Below, in pieces: positions 11,254 through 23,796 of a stretch of 64,000 bases of DNA. The notes beneath the pieces are model-generated. The model was given only the letters and a program-made list of their open reading frames with translations, searched no databases and was not told the DNA's origin. Position 1 is the first letter of the stretch, and each line of letters starts with the position of its first letter. The stretch is from Longimicrobiales bacterium (GTDB lineage: Bacteria; Gemmatimonadota; Gemmatimonadetes; Longimicrobiales; Gaopeijiaceae): positions 2,272,001-2,336,000 of the forward strand of contig CBDAON010000004.1 in NCBI GenBank assembly GCA_965198065.1, given 5' to 3'. A program made the position numbers and the translations under genes.

Positions 11254-14200
11254 ATGAAAGTCAAAGACCTCATGAAGAAGGTCCTGGGCTCCCAGCACGA
11301 GCGGGAGATCAAGACGCTCCGCCCCCTGGTCGAGGAGATCAACGAGCTGGCGGACGAATTCTCGAAGCTCTCCGACGAGGAGCTCCGGGCAAAGACGGAC
11401 GAGTTCCGGGCGTACATCGCCGAGCAGACGAACCCCTTCGAGGAGCGGATCGCCGAGGCCAAGGCAGAGAAGGCGAGAACCTCGGACGGCGCCTCCCGTG
11501 AGGCCCTCGCCCTCCAGATCCAGGACCTCGAGGACGAGCTGAGCCGGGAGATCGAGGCCGCGCTGGATGAATTGCTTCCCGAAGCATACGCGGCCGTGAA
11601 GGACACCTGCCGGCGTCTCCTCGGGAAGGAGATCTCGGTCACGAACCAGAAGCTCGTGTGGGACATGGTTCCCTACGACGTCCAGATCGTCGGGGCCATC
11701 GCCCTCCACCGCGGCTCCGCGTGCGAGATGGCAACCGGGGAGGGGAAGACCCTGGCCGCCACGATGCCGCTTTACCTGAACGCGCTGGCCGGACGGGGCG
11801 CCCACCTCGTCACCGTCAACTCCTACCTGGCCGAGCGGGACGCGCAGTGGATGGGGGCCATTTACAGCTTCCTCGGGATGGAGGCCGGAGTCATCGACCT
11901 CCACCAGCCGGGGAGCCCCGAGCGGCGGGCCGCGTACCGGGCGGACATCACGTACGGGACCAACAACGAGTTCGGGTTCGACTATCTCCGGGACAACATG
12001 GTGCACTCCCTGGAGGGTCGGGTTCAGCCGCGCCACTACTACGCGATCATCGACGAGGTGGACTCGATCCTGATCGACGAGGCGCGAACCCCGCTCATCA
12101 TCTCAGGACCCGTGAGCCGCACCACGGACCAGAGCTACAAGCAGTACCAGCCCCTCGTAGCGAAGCTCTACCGGGAGCAGATGCAGATCGCGAGCAACCT
12201 CATCGCGGAGGCGGAGAAAGCGCTGGCAGGGGAGGGGGAAGGCGACGAGAGCGGGAACGGGGGGGGAGAGGACGCCAACTGGGTCGCGGCTCGAAACCTC
12301 CTCGCGCTCAAGCGGGGAACCCCGCGGCACAAGCGCCTCCTCAAGCTCTTCGCGGACGATCCCTCGGTACAGAAGGCGGTCCAGAAGGCCGAGGCCGACC
12401 TCATGCGGGAGAAGCGGCTCCACGAGCTGGACGAGAGCCTCCTCTTCGCGATGGACGAGAAGGGGCACAACGTCCACCTCTCGGACCGCGGGATGGATCA
12501 GCTGAGCCCGGACGACCCCGACGCGTTCCTCGTGCCCGATCTCTCCGAGATGATCGGGGAGATCCAGGAGGACGAGTCTCTCTCCGCGGACCACAAGCGG
12601 GAGAAGGTGGAGCAGCTCGAGACCGAGTACGCCCGGAAGAGCGAGCGGATGCACGTGATCCACCAGCTCCTCAAGGCGTACGCTCTCTTCCAGAAGGACG
12701 AGCAGTACATCATCGGGGAGGACGGCCAGATCGTCATCGTGGACGAGTTCACGGGGCGCCAGATGGCGGGTCGGCGGTGGAGCGACGGGCTCCACCAGGC
12801 CGTCGAGGCCAAGGAGGGGGTCGACGTGAAGGGAGAGACCCAGACCCTCGCCACGATCACAATCCAGAACTACTTCCGCCTCTACGACAAGCTCGCCGGG
12901 ATGACGGGGACCGCGGAGACCGAGGAGAACGAGTTCCATCAGATCTACAAGCTGAGCGTGCTCGTCATCTCGACGAACCAGCCCGTGATCCGGGACGACC
13001 GGAACGACCTGATCTTCAAGACCAAGCGCGAGAAATACAACGCGCTGATGGACGAGATCGAGCGGCTCTCGAAGATGGAGCTGCCCGTGCTGGTTGGGAC
13101 CACGAACGTCGAAGTGTCCGAGACGCTCTCACGGATGCTCAAGCGCCGAGGGATCTCCCATAACGTGCTGAACGCCAAGCAGCACCGTCGGGAGGCCGAG
13201 ATCGTGGTTGAGGCCGGCCGGCCGGGGACCGTCACGATCGCGACGAACATGGCCGGCCGTGGAACCGACATCAAGCTGGGGGCCGGCGTCACGGAGGCCC
13301 GCACGGTGAGGTGGGCGAAGGAGAAGGGACTGGACGTCACGGAGCTCGCCCCGATCGACCCCAATCTCTGGGCCGACTTCGCGGAGAAGCCGGACGACTT
13401 CGTGATCGAGTGTGGGGGGCTCCACATCCTGGGGTCCGAGCGTCACGAATCCCGGCGGATCGACCGCCAGCTCCGTGGCCGCGCCGGGCGGCAGGGAGAC
13501 CCCGGGGCCACCCAGTTCTTCCTCTCGCTCGAGGACGATCTCATGAGGCTCTTCGGCTCCGAGCGCATCGCGAGCGCGATGGAGCGGTGGGGGGCCGAGG
13601 AAGGGGAAGTCATCACGGCTGGCATCGTCACGATGTCGATCGAGCGGGCGCAGAAGCGGGTCGAGGGAAACAACTTCGAGGCCCGGAAGCGGCTGCTGGA
13701 CTACGACGACGTGATGAATCAGCAGCGCGAGGTCGTCTACGATCTCCGCCTCTTCGCCCTGGAGGGGGGCGAGGATCTCAAGGGCGAGCTGAAGGAGATG
13801 GTTCAGGCCGCCCTCACCGAGGTCGTCCAGGAGTACGCGCTTCCAGAGTCGCACCCCGACGACTGGGAGCTCGGATCCCTACGCCGCCGCCTGGGCACGG
13901 ACTTCCTCGTCCAGGCGGACGCCCTCCCCGAGGAAGATGACGTGGCCGGATCGTTCCTGGACGAGGAGGACGTGCTCGAGGCCGTGCTCCAGACCGCGGG
14001 CGACCAGTTCGAGAAGAAGCTCGAGAGCTTCGGAGAGAACGCGGAGCGCTTCCAGGGGTGGCTTCTCCTCTCCGTGCTGGACGAGAAGTGGAAGGATCAC
14101 CTGTACGACCTGGATCACCTGAAGGCGTCGATCAGCTTCCGGGGGTGGGGGCAGAAGGATCCCCTCATCGAGTACAAGAAAGAAGCCTACGACATGTTCG

Positions 14201-14583
14201 TGGACCTCATGAGGGACATCCGGAAGACGGTGACGACCCTCCTCTTCCGCGCCCAGCTCACCGCGCCTCCCCAGGTGCGCGCACCCCAGCGCCTGCAATA
14301 CGCGGGGCCGAGCGAGCCGGGGCAGGGGGGCGGCGTGGCGGAGGCGGGTGCGGCCGCTGGGACCGTGCCCGCCCCCAGGCGGCTGTCGCCGCGGCTGGAC
14401 CCGGTCGGCGTGGCCGCGAGCGCTCGCGCGGCTCCGGGATCCGAGGTCTCCGGCCTGGCCACGAACCGGGGCGAAGAACGGGTGCAGCGTCCCGTGACGG
14501 TCCACGCCGAGCCCGGACGCAACGACCCCTGCCCCTGCGGGAGCGGGAAGAAGTACAAGAAGTGCCACGGAGCGGTGGGATAA
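11254..14583 (+). CDS. secA: Preprotein translocase ATPase SecA (long form, about 1110 aa)
   Basis: MATGEGKT, DEVDSILIDEARTP, TNMAGRGTDI, RGRAGRQGDPG, and the C-terminal SEC-C motif GRNDPCPCGSGKKYKKCHG. Confidence 0.98.
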   Translation: MKVKDLMKKVLGSQHEREIKTLRPLVEEINELADEFSKLSDEELRAKTDEFRAYIAEQTNPFEERIAEAKAEKARTSDGASREALALQIQDLEDELSREIEAALDELLPEAYAAVKDTCRRLLGKEISVTNQKLVWDMVPYDVQIVGAIALHRGSACEMATGEGKTLAATMPLYLNALAGRGAHLVTVNSYLAERDAQWMGAIYSFLGMEAGVIDLHQPGSPERRAAYRADITYGTNNEFGFDYLRDNMVHSLEGRVQPRHYYAIIDEVDSILIDEARTPLIISGPVSRTTDQSYKQYQPLVAKLYREQMQIASNLIAEAEKALAGEGEGDESGNGGGEDANWVAARNLLALKRGTPRHKRLLKLFADDPSVQKAVQKAEADLMREKRLHELDESLLFAMDEKGHNVHLSDRGMDQLSPDDPDAFLVPDLSEMIGEIQEDESLSADHKREKVEQLETEYARKSERMHVIHQLLKAYALFQKDEQYIIGEDGQIVIVDEFTGRQMAGRRWSDGLHQAVEAKEGVDVKGETQTLATITIQNYFRLYDKLAGMTGTAETEENEFHQIYKLSVLVISTNQPVIRDDRNDLIFKTKREKYNALMDEIERLSKMELPVLVGTTNVEVSETLSRMLKRRGISHNVLNAKQHRREAEIVVEAGRPGTVTIATNMAGRGTDIKLGAGVTEARTVRWAKEKGLDVTELAPIDPNLWADFAEKPDDFVIECGGLHILGSERHESRRIDRQLRGRAGRQGDPGATQFFLSLEDDLMRLFGSERIASAMERWGAEEGEVITAGIVTMSIERAQKRVEGNNFEARKRLLDYDDVMNQQREVVYDLRLFALEGGEDLKGELKEMVQAALTEVVQEYALPESHPDDWELGSLRRRLGTDFLVQADALPEEDDVAGSFLDEEDVLEAVLQTAGDQFEKKLESFGENAERFQGWLLLSVLDEKWKDHLYDLDHLKASISFRGWGQKDPLIEYKKEAYDMFVDLMRDIRKTVTTLLFRAQLTAPPQVRAPQRLQYAGPSEPGQGGGVAEAGAAAGTVPAPRRLSPRLDPVGVAASARAAPGSEVSGLATNRGEERVQRPVTVHAEPGRNDPCPCGSGKKYKKCHGAVG

Positions 14584-14663
14584 AGCATTGCGGCACCACG
14601 GAAAGCGCCACGGATGGTGTCTGGATTGTACCGCAACTGTGCCAGAATAGGGCACAAAAAAGC

Positions 14664-14972
14664 TCAACCCACCGCCTCACGGATCGGTACCGCGGTTCTC
14701 TCCTCCTCTCGGTCCCCGTGCATCTTGGCGAGCTTCGCCACCCCTTCCTCCAGGGCCACCTAATCCGCGATCGCGTAGCGCCGGGACACGGCCTCGGTCT
14801 TATGGCCGGTCAACTTCATGGCGACTGATCGGGGGACACCGGCCCGCTCGAGGTTGCGCACCGCTGTCCTCCGGAGGTCGTGGAACAGCCACCCCTTTAG
14901 GCCAGCGCGTTGACACGCGGCCTGCCACCCACGCCGGAACGAGCGAATCTGCTTTCCGTCTCGGTGGAACAC
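14664..14972 (-). pseudogene. Tyrosine integrase C-terminal remnant
   Basis: [12 protein letters not shown]...LTGHKT...RRY catalytic motifs. In-frame TAG at 14760-14762 and the N-terminus is missing. Confidence 0.85.
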
Positions 14973-15180
14973 CTCGCGGACGCGCTCGAGCGCCGCGGGG
15001 GCGAGCTGAAGGAGTTGGCGGTGAAGCTGAGGAGGGCGGGGGAGTGAGCTACGCGACCGGCGCAGAACAACACGGTAGGCGCTACATCCATCTTCTTGCC
15101 GCCCCCCTGAACGCCCAGCATCTTTTCCCGTGTCTTCTCAGTTGGGCGCAGTTCCGTGATTCCGCTTCGTAACGGGACGT

Positions 15181-15486
15181 ATGGCCGACTCCTCCGAAAA
15201 TCCTCTGAAGCGTCTGATCGCTGAGATCCACCGCCGGTCCCTGTGGCAGGTGCTTGGGATCTATGCGGTCGCGTCTTGGGCTGTCTTGGGAGGCGTGAGC
15301 ACCCTGGGCGACGCGCTCGGCCCACCGGACTGGTTCCCTCGGTCTGCTCTGGGCCTCCTCATCGTCGGTCTCCCTATCGTGCTGGCCACGGCATTCGTGC
15401 AGGAGGGTGGTCCGGGACACGAGGCCCAACCCGTGAAGAGCACAGCCGGTGCACAGGAAAACGGGGGATCAAGTGGAGTCCACTGA
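15181..15486 (+). pseudogene. N-terminal membrane segment of a TolB-N/TPR-type protein, truncated by the IS
   Basis: AEIHRRSLWQVLGIYAVASW...PDW two-TM pattern. Its stop codon is the first TGA of the IS end. Confidence 0.55.
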
Positions 15487-16700
15487 CCTGCCCCGAAGAG
15501 CGGTACCACAACCTATGTTAGTCCCAGCACCTGTGGAGGGCGGTGAAGGACGGGCATCCTCAGGAACCAGGGCGACGGCTTAATCGCCTCAGGGGCCGGG
15601 GGAAAGCCGCCGCAGGCGCTGTGGGGTCGGACGGTATCGTACTCGCGCCTCCATGCAGCTCGTCCCTGAGCTTGCCGTTGAAGCTCTCGTTGTAGCCGTT
15701 CTCCCACGGGCTGCCCGGCTCGATAAAGAGCGTCTCGACGCCCACGCGCCCCAACCACCGCCGCACGGGCTTCGCGGTGAACTCCGGTCCGTTGTCCGAC
15801 CTCAGATACTCGGGAGGCCCGTGTCGGACGAACAGATCGGCCAGCACCTCGAGCACGTCGTGCGAGCGGATCTTGCGAGCCACCACGATCGCCAGGCACT
15901 CCCTCGTGTGCTCGTCCAGCACTGTCAGCAGCTTCAGCGCACGCCCGTCGTGCGTCCTCGAGGCCACGAAGTCGTACGACCAGACGTGGCCCCGATACAG
16001 CGGCCTCAGCCGGATGCACGATCCGTCGTTGAGCCACAGCCGACCTCGCTTCGGCTGCCGCTCCGGGACCTTCAGCCCCTCCTGCCTCCAGATCCGCTCC
16101 ACCCGCTTGTGCTTCACCCCCAGCCCTCGATGCGGAGCGTGTCCGTGACGCGTCGCTAGCCGTAGCGGCCGAATCGACTCGCGAGTCGCACGATATCACC
16201 TCGGAGCGCCCCCTCGTCACTCGCCACTCTCCTCGCCCCGCGCTGGGTCGTGCGTGGCTGCCCGAGCACCCGGCACGCTCTCCTCTCCGACGCCCCGAGC
16301 TGCTGACGTACACGCACCACACAACGTCGTCGGCCCTCGGGGCTCAGAAGTTTCCCTTGGCCGCTTCCTCCACGATCAGCTTGTCCAGTGTCAAGTCCGC
16401 CACTGCTCGCTTCAGGCGCCCGTTCTCGCGCTCGAGCTCCTTCAGGCGCCGTGCCTGGTCCACCTTCATCCCGCCGTACTCCCGCCTCCACCGGTAGTAC
16501 GTCTGCTCGGTGATGCCGAGCTCCCCCCTGATCAGCTTCACGGATTTGCCGCCGGCCAGACCGACCTCTGCCTCCCGCACTGCAGTGATGATCTGCTCCG
16601 GAGTGTGTCGCTTCCTTCCCATCCTGACCTCCTCGCTGAAAAGCTTCGGACCAGGTCGATCCTAACATTGCACCTGGTCTCGTTTCAGCGGGTCAGGTCA
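15484..16700 (-). mobile_element. IS3-family insertion sequence, copy 1 (defective)
   Basis: TG...CA termini (tgacctgccccg / cgggtcaggtca). orfA 16344-16622 ends AKGNF* at a GGGAAAC slippery site. orfB carries DDE motifs (WSYDF, SDNGPEF, ESFNG). Has an in-frame TAG and an approximately 52-bp deletion relative to copy 2. Confidence 0.93.
16344..16622 (-). CDS. IS3 transposase OrfA
   Basis: HTPEQII HTH start, TYYRWRREYGG, LKELERENGRLK zipper. Confidence 0.9.
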   Translation of the reverse strand: MGRKRHTPEQIITAVREAEVGLAGGKSVKLIRGELGITEQTYYRWRREYGGMKVDQARRLKELERENGRLKRAVADLTLDKLIVEEAAKGNF

Positions 16701-17631
16701 GGGGCAGGTCAGCTCTTCGGGGCAGGTCACTAGCGCGATCCGATTGTCTGCATAATCCGCTTGGCGCAACTGCGAAAGCCGTAGGCGGATTCTCTGCGCG
16801 TTGGTCATGTCTGAAACCTTTAGAGAGATTCCAGTAAGTGATTTATATACTCTGTGCGGCAAGGTGGCTATTCAGGATGGCCACGTGGCGACGTCGGCCG
16901 AACGTAGTCACCAGATCGCCCCCAATGCGCATCGCCTTCTCCTCCGTGTGACGCCCAAGCCAATCCTTTATCAGCTCCATCATCCCGTCCAACGAGACCC
17001 CGGTTTTCAAGAACGCCTCGCCCCAATATGGACCGCCCAGAACGAAAATCCCGAGTGCGACAGTTCCTGGTCCCGCGATCTCGTTCAATCGCTGGCGCGT
17101 CCTTTGGTCTTCGGCTTCGATCTCTGGAGTAGTTTCGCGAAGTGAGATGGGCGGTGAGGATGCCGGAGGAGCTTGCTCGTGAGGTTGAACCCGTGGCCCA
17201 GTCGATCCGCAGCCGGGCGGCTCAGGCCGAGCGGCCGGATTCGGCGGGTCAAGATCTCTGGACGGTCCAGTGAGTTCCTGCCAATTGGTGCCGTTTCCCT
17301 GCTATTTCGGTCGCAGCGACGCGGCGTGCCGAAGGTGTGCGGAGCTTCGCCGAAGCTGCCGAGGGGTGGCTCCTGACTCCGAAGGAGTGGATGCTAGCTC
17401 CCAACACGCCCGCTAACTCCGTCGGAGCGCGGGCCTCTTGGGGATCGGTTTTCGAGCATTCGTGGGGGAGGGCTGGGTGGTGAGGGAACTGATTCGGGCC
17501 GAGATTTCCGCCACTCCATGTCCGCAATTTGATACGGTTTTCCCGCTGTTTTGGTACTGCCGAGTGTAACGTGGCCTAACGGCAAGTGCGGCAGATCGTG
17601 CAGTCCTAGTTGAGCTTATGCGATTACTTGC

Positions 17632-19698
<2,067 letters not shown>

Positions 19699-19722
19699 CG
19701 TTATTCACATCCTCCGGACCAC

Positions 19723-19766
19723 GCTTTGGGAGCAGGAGGTCCCCGGTTCAAATCCGGGCGCCCCGA
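19723..19766 (+). other. 3' half of tRNA-Pro(TGG), probable att site
   Basis: gc-ttTGGga-gcagg anticodon arm, T-arm cccggTTCAAATccggg, acceptor 3' strand cgccccga. No D-arm or 5' acceptor strand upstream. Confidence 0.8.
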
Positions 19767-19826
19767 CTAGGGTGACGAAGCGCCGTGAAAGGCCGAGCAC
19801 CGGATCAGCCCAGCCCTTCCCTGACC

Positions 19827-20555
19827 ATGTGCGGCCGATACGGACTCACCGCGGAGCAGGAGGCCGTCGCCGCAGCGTTCGGCGTGACGACGCTGCTTGT
19901 CGACCACGTGCCTCGCTACAACATCGCCCCCACTCAGGACGCGCCTGTCGTCGTACGGGGCGGCACGGAGCGGCGGCTCGTCCCACAGCGCTGGGGCCTG
20001 ATCCCACCCGATGAGACCGACCTGCGGCGCGGCGCACGTCTGATAAACGCGCGGTCCGAGACCGTCTCGACCCGGCCGACCTTTCGCGATGCGTGGCGGA
20101 AGGGGCAGCGATGCGTGGTCCCCGCCACCGGGTTCTTCGAGTGGAGCAGGCCGGAGGGAGGATGGGGCGCCAGGATCCCGTACTGGATCCACATGGAGGA
20201 CGAGCGCCCCTTCGGCCTCGCAGGCATTTGGGACTGCTCGGGCCCGCCGAGCGACCCGATCCAGAGCTTCGCGATCCTCACCGCGGAGCCAAACGACCTG
20301 GTGAGCCCGATCCACGACCGGATGCCGGTCATTCTCGGGGACGCTGCGGCATGGGAGGCGTGGATGGATCCCCAGGCCCCTTGGTGGCAGATCAAGCGGC
20401 TCTTCGCGCCCCGTCGATCCGACGACTTGGAAGCGCGGAGGGTGAGCACCTTCGTGAACAACCCCAGGAACGAAGGGCCCGAATGCATTGAGCCCACGGG
20501 GCTGAGGGCCGCTCGCCGCAGGACGGCCCTTCGGCTCCCCCCGCTTCCTCGGTGA
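19827..20555 (+). CDS. SOS response-associated peptidase SRAP (YedK/HMCES-like)
   Basis: N-terminal MCGRY (Cys2), RYNIAPTQ, INARSET, GFFEW, IHDRMPVIL. Confidence 0.93.
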   Translation: MCGRYGLTAEQEAVAAAFGVTTLLVDHVPRYNIAPTQDAPVVVRGGTERRLVPQRWGLIPPDETDLRRGARLINARSETVSTRPTFRDAWRKGQRCVVPATGFFEWSRPEGGWGARIPYWIHMEDERPFGLAGIWDCSGPPSDPIQSFAILTAEPNDLVSPIHDRMPVILGDAAAWEAWMDPQAPWWQIKRLFAPRRSDDLEARRVSTFVNNPRNEGPECIEPTGLRAARRRTALRLPPLPR

Positions 20556-20728
20556 TGGATCAGCTGACCGACCACCGGCCCCGTTCCGGGCCAGTTGACC
20601 TCGCGCGCCAAAGCTCTAGACTTGGCCATCTCGAAAAGGACTTCTCGGGATTCCAGAACACACCCCGGCCGCTGGGACTTTGAGTGAGCCACTCGTCCTG
20701 CGACCCGTCCGCCCGCACAGGAACTGGC

Positions 20729-21877
20729 ATGAAACCGCGGCAACGTCCGAGGAACCCCTCCTTCGGGTCCGGCCCCACGGCCAAGCGGCCGGGCTGGAGC
20801 GTCGGCGCCCTCGAGGGGGCGCTCTTCGCACGCTCGCACCGCTCGGGGCCGGCGAAGAAGCGGCTGGCCGAGGTCATCGATCGCTCCCGGGCACTTCTGG
20901 GCCTTCCTGGCGACTACCGCCTGGGAATCGTTCCAGGCTCGAACACCGGCGCGTTCGAGATGGCGCTCTGGACGCTGCTCGGCCCCCTCGGCGTGGACGT
21001 CCTTTCATGGGAGAGCTTCGGGGCCGGCTGGGTGACCGACGTCGAGAAGCAGCTGAAGATCGAGGACCTGCGTAAGATCGACGCGCCTTACGGGGAGCTT
21101 CCCGATCTAACGCAGGTGGACTTTAGTAGGGACGTCGTATTCGTATGGAACGGCACGACTTCTGGCGTTCGAGTTCCGAACGGGGATTGGATCCCTCGGG
21201 ATCGCGAGGGCCTCACGCTCTCGGACGCGACCTCCGCCGTGTTCGGGATGGAGATCCCCTTCGAGCGGCTGGACGCGTTCACGTACTCCTGGCAGAAGGT
21301 GCTGGGGGGCGAGGCGGCACACGGAATGCTGGCCCTCGGTCCCCGGGCCGTGGAGCGTCTGGAGAGTGCGACGCCTCCCTGGCCGCTGCCCAAGGTCTTC
21401 CGACTGACCAAGGGCGGGAAGCTGAACGAGGGCGTCTTCAGAGGCGAGACCATCAACTCGCCTTCCATGCTATGCGTGGAGGATGCCCTGGACGGGCTCC
21501 GGTGGGCCGAGAGAGAGGGAGGCGGCCCCGCTCTCCTCCGGCGCACCCGCGACAACTGCGGCGTGATCGAGGAGTGGGTCAGGAGGACTGATTGGGTGGA
21601 CTTCCTCGCGGCGCGACCGGAGATCCGCTCCCCCACGTCGATCTGTCTCAGGATCGTCGATCCGGCCGTGACCTCCCTCCCCGCCGAGGGGCAGGGGGAG
21701 CTGATCAATCGCATCGTGAACCTCCTTTCGGACGAGGGCGTCGCCTTCGACATCGCAGCGTACCGGGACGCACCTCCGGGGCTCCGCATCTGGGGGGGAG
21801 CTACGGCCGAAGCGGCGGACCTCGAGGCCCTCACTCCCTGGATCGACTGGGCGTTCGGGGAGGCGCGACATGGCTAA
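20729..21877 (+). CDS. serC: Phosphoserine aminotransferase (alphaproteobacterial/Methanosarcina type)
   Basis: [48 protein letters not shown]. Adjacent to serA. Confidence 0.9.
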   Translation: MKPRQRPRNPSFGSGPTAKRPGWSVGALEGALFARSHRSGPAKKRLAEVIDRSRALLGLPGDYRLGIVPGSNTGAFEMALWTLLGPLGVDVLSWESFGAGWVTDVEKQLKIEDLRKIDAPYGELPDLTQVDFSRDVVFVWNGTTSGVRVPNGDWIPRDREGLTLSDATSAVFGMEIPFERLDAFTYSWQKVLGGEAAHGMLALGPRAVERLESATPPWPLPKVFRLTKGGKLNEGVFRGETINSPSMLCVEDALDGLRWAEREGGGPALLRRTRDNCGVIEEWVRRTDWVDFLAARPEIRSPTSICLRIVDPAVTSLPAEGQGELINRIVNLLSDEGVAFDIAAYRDAPPGLRIWGGATAEAADLEALTPWIDWAFGEARHG

Positions 21878-23444
21878 GGTCCTCATTGCCGACAAGCTGA
21901 GCTCGGCCGCGGCAGGGGTGTTCAACGACCGGGGCATCGAGGCAGTGGTGAAGACCGGGCTGACGGAGGATCAGCTCGTCGAGATCATCGGGGACTTCGA
22001 CGGTGTCGCGGTTCGTTCGGCCACGAAGGTCACCCGCCGCGTCCTCGAGTCTGGTGAACAGCTGAGGGTCGTCGGTCGGGCCGGAGTCGGGGTGGACAAC
22101 ATCGACGTCCCCGCAGCCACGGCGCGCGGTATCGTGGTCATGAACACTCCGTATGGGAACTCCGTGACCACCGCTGAGCACGCGATCGCGCTCATGCTCG
22201 CCACCGCACGCCAGATCGCGGCGGCGGACCGGTCTACCCGACAGGGGAAGTGGGAGAAGTCGCGCTTCATCGGGATGGAGCTCCAGGGAAAGACGCTCGG
22301 GCTGATCGGGTGCGGGAACATCGGGTCGATTGTCGCGTCGCGCGCCCAGGGACTCGGGATGCGCGTCATCGCGTCCGATCCCTTCCTATCGCCCGAGCGG
22401 GTGAAGGAGCTGGGAGTCGAGCGAGTGGAGCTGGACGAGCTGCTCGGCAGGGCCGACGTGATCAGCCTTCACACGCCGCTGAACGACAGCACCCGCAACA
22501 TCCTGAGCGCTGGCGCTCTGAAGAAGACACGCCCCGGCATTCGGATCGTGAACTGCGCTCGGGGCGGCCTGATGGACGAGGCAGCCCTCGCCGAGGCGAT
22601 CCGGTCCGGGCACGTGGCGAGCGCGGCCCTGGATGTCTTCGCGACTGAGCCCCCGGGACAGAGCCCCCTGTTCGAGCTCGAGAACGTGGTCGTGACCCCG
22701 CACCTCGGAGCTTCCACAGGCGAAGCCCAGGAGAAGGTCGCGGTCCAGGTGGCCCAGCAGATGGCGGATTTCCTCATCGCTGGGGCCGTGGCGAATGCCG
22801 TGAACACACCCTCGATCTTGGCCGAAGAGGCCCCTCTCCTCCGGCCCTACATCGAGCTGGCCCGTGTGCTCGGCAGCCTCGCGGGCCAGATCACGGAGTC
22901 CGGTCTGAAGGGGGTCACCCTGACCTACTCGGGGCACGCAGCTGCCCTGAACCACAAGCCCCTTACGGCCTCTGCGCTCGAGGGGCTCCTCTCTCCGCTC
23001 CTGGAGAGCGTGAACGCGGTGAACGCGCCCGTCGTGGCTCGGGAGCGAAACATCGACGTGACCACGGTCGAGCGAGAGCGCGCGGAGGGGTACGAAGCGC
23101 TCATGCGACTCACCGTCCTGACCGAACGGGGAGAGCGGACCGTGGCGGGCACCCTCTTCCAGGGAGGGGGCCCGAGGATCGTCGAGATCCAGGGGATTCC
23201 TCTCGAGGCGCGGATCGCGCCTCGCATGCTGTACACGCGAAACTCCGACAAGCCCGGCTTCATTGGGGCCCTCGGAACCACGCTCGGGGACGCCGGAATC
23301 AACATCGCCAGCTTCCACCTGGGTAGGAACGCCACGGGAGACGCGATCGCGCTGATCGACGTGGATCAGGAGGTCCCGAAGGAGGTTATGGTGTCGATCA
23401 GGGCGCTGCCCCACGTGATCCAGGCCAGGGCGCTGCACTTCTGA
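21870..23444 (+). CDS. serA: D-3-phosphoglycerate dehydrogenase
   Basis: [34 protein letters not shown]-terminal ACT domain. Confidence 0.96.
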   Translation: MAKVLIADKLSSAAAGVFNDRGIEAVVKTGLTEDQLVEIIGDFDGVAVRSATKVTRRVLESGEQLRVVGRAGVGVDNIDVPAATARGIVVMNTPYGNSVTTAEHAIALMLATARQIAAADRSTRQGKWEKSRFIGMELQGKTLGLIGCGNIGSIVASRAQGLGMRVIASDPFLSPERVKELGVERVELDELLGRADVISLHTPLNDSTRNILSAGALKKTRPGIRIVNCARGGLMDEAALAEAIRSGHVASAALDVFATEPPGQSPLFELENVVVTPHLGASTGEAQEKVAVQVAQQMADFLIAGAVANAVNTPSILAEEAPLLRPYIELARVLGSLAGQITESGLKGVTLTYSGHAAALNHKPLTASALEGLLSPLLESVNAVNAPVVARERNIDVTTVERERAEGYEALMRLTVLTERGERTVAGTLFQGGGPRIVEIQGIPLEARIAPRMLYTRNSDKPGFIGALGTTLGDAGINIASFHLGRNATGDAIALIDVDQEVPKEVMVSIRALPHVIQARALHF

Positions 23445-23506
23445 CGCCCTCCGTGCCCCACACCGCACGGTTGTGGGTGACCCGCTCCCAGCGACGCCGC
23501 TGACTA

Positions 23507-23536
23507 TTGACACTCCCGGGGGACGGCGCATAGTAT
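23507..23536 (+). promoter_or_regulatory. Sigma70-like promoter
   Basis: TTGACA (23507-23512), 18-nt spacer, TAGTAT (23531-23536). Confidence 0.6.
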
Positions 23537-23540
23537 GCGC

Positions 23541-23643
23541 CCGTGATTATGAAGGGATGGTTCGGGACCGTGAGTTATTGTTCGGGACCGTGAGTTGAGG
23601 TTCGAGGGGGCCCCATCGCACGATGGGTCCCCTCTTGCTTTTG
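23541..23643 (+). ncRNA. Candidate small RNA with tandem 17-nt repeats
   Basis: Lies between a consensus promoter and a terminator-like hairpin (23604-23634) with a T-rich tail. gttcgggaccgtgagtt occurs at 23560 and 23580. Confidence 0.5.
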
Positions 23644-23796
23644 CCTTGAAACGCGAGTCTCTCGCCATCATGGCCTCGGGCTAGGCAGTACGAGTGGCAG
23701 CCCGACGCGGGGGCTTTGTCCGCGGAGCGAAGTCGTTGGGGGGCTGAGGCTTCTCCGGGCCTCCGACGAACGCATCATTCGAGAGGGAGTAGGGCC

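Noticed and set aside
23560..23604. Tandem 17-nt repeats as a mini-CRISPR array
   Set aside because: The spacers are only 3 nt, there are two full copies, and no cas genes are in the window.
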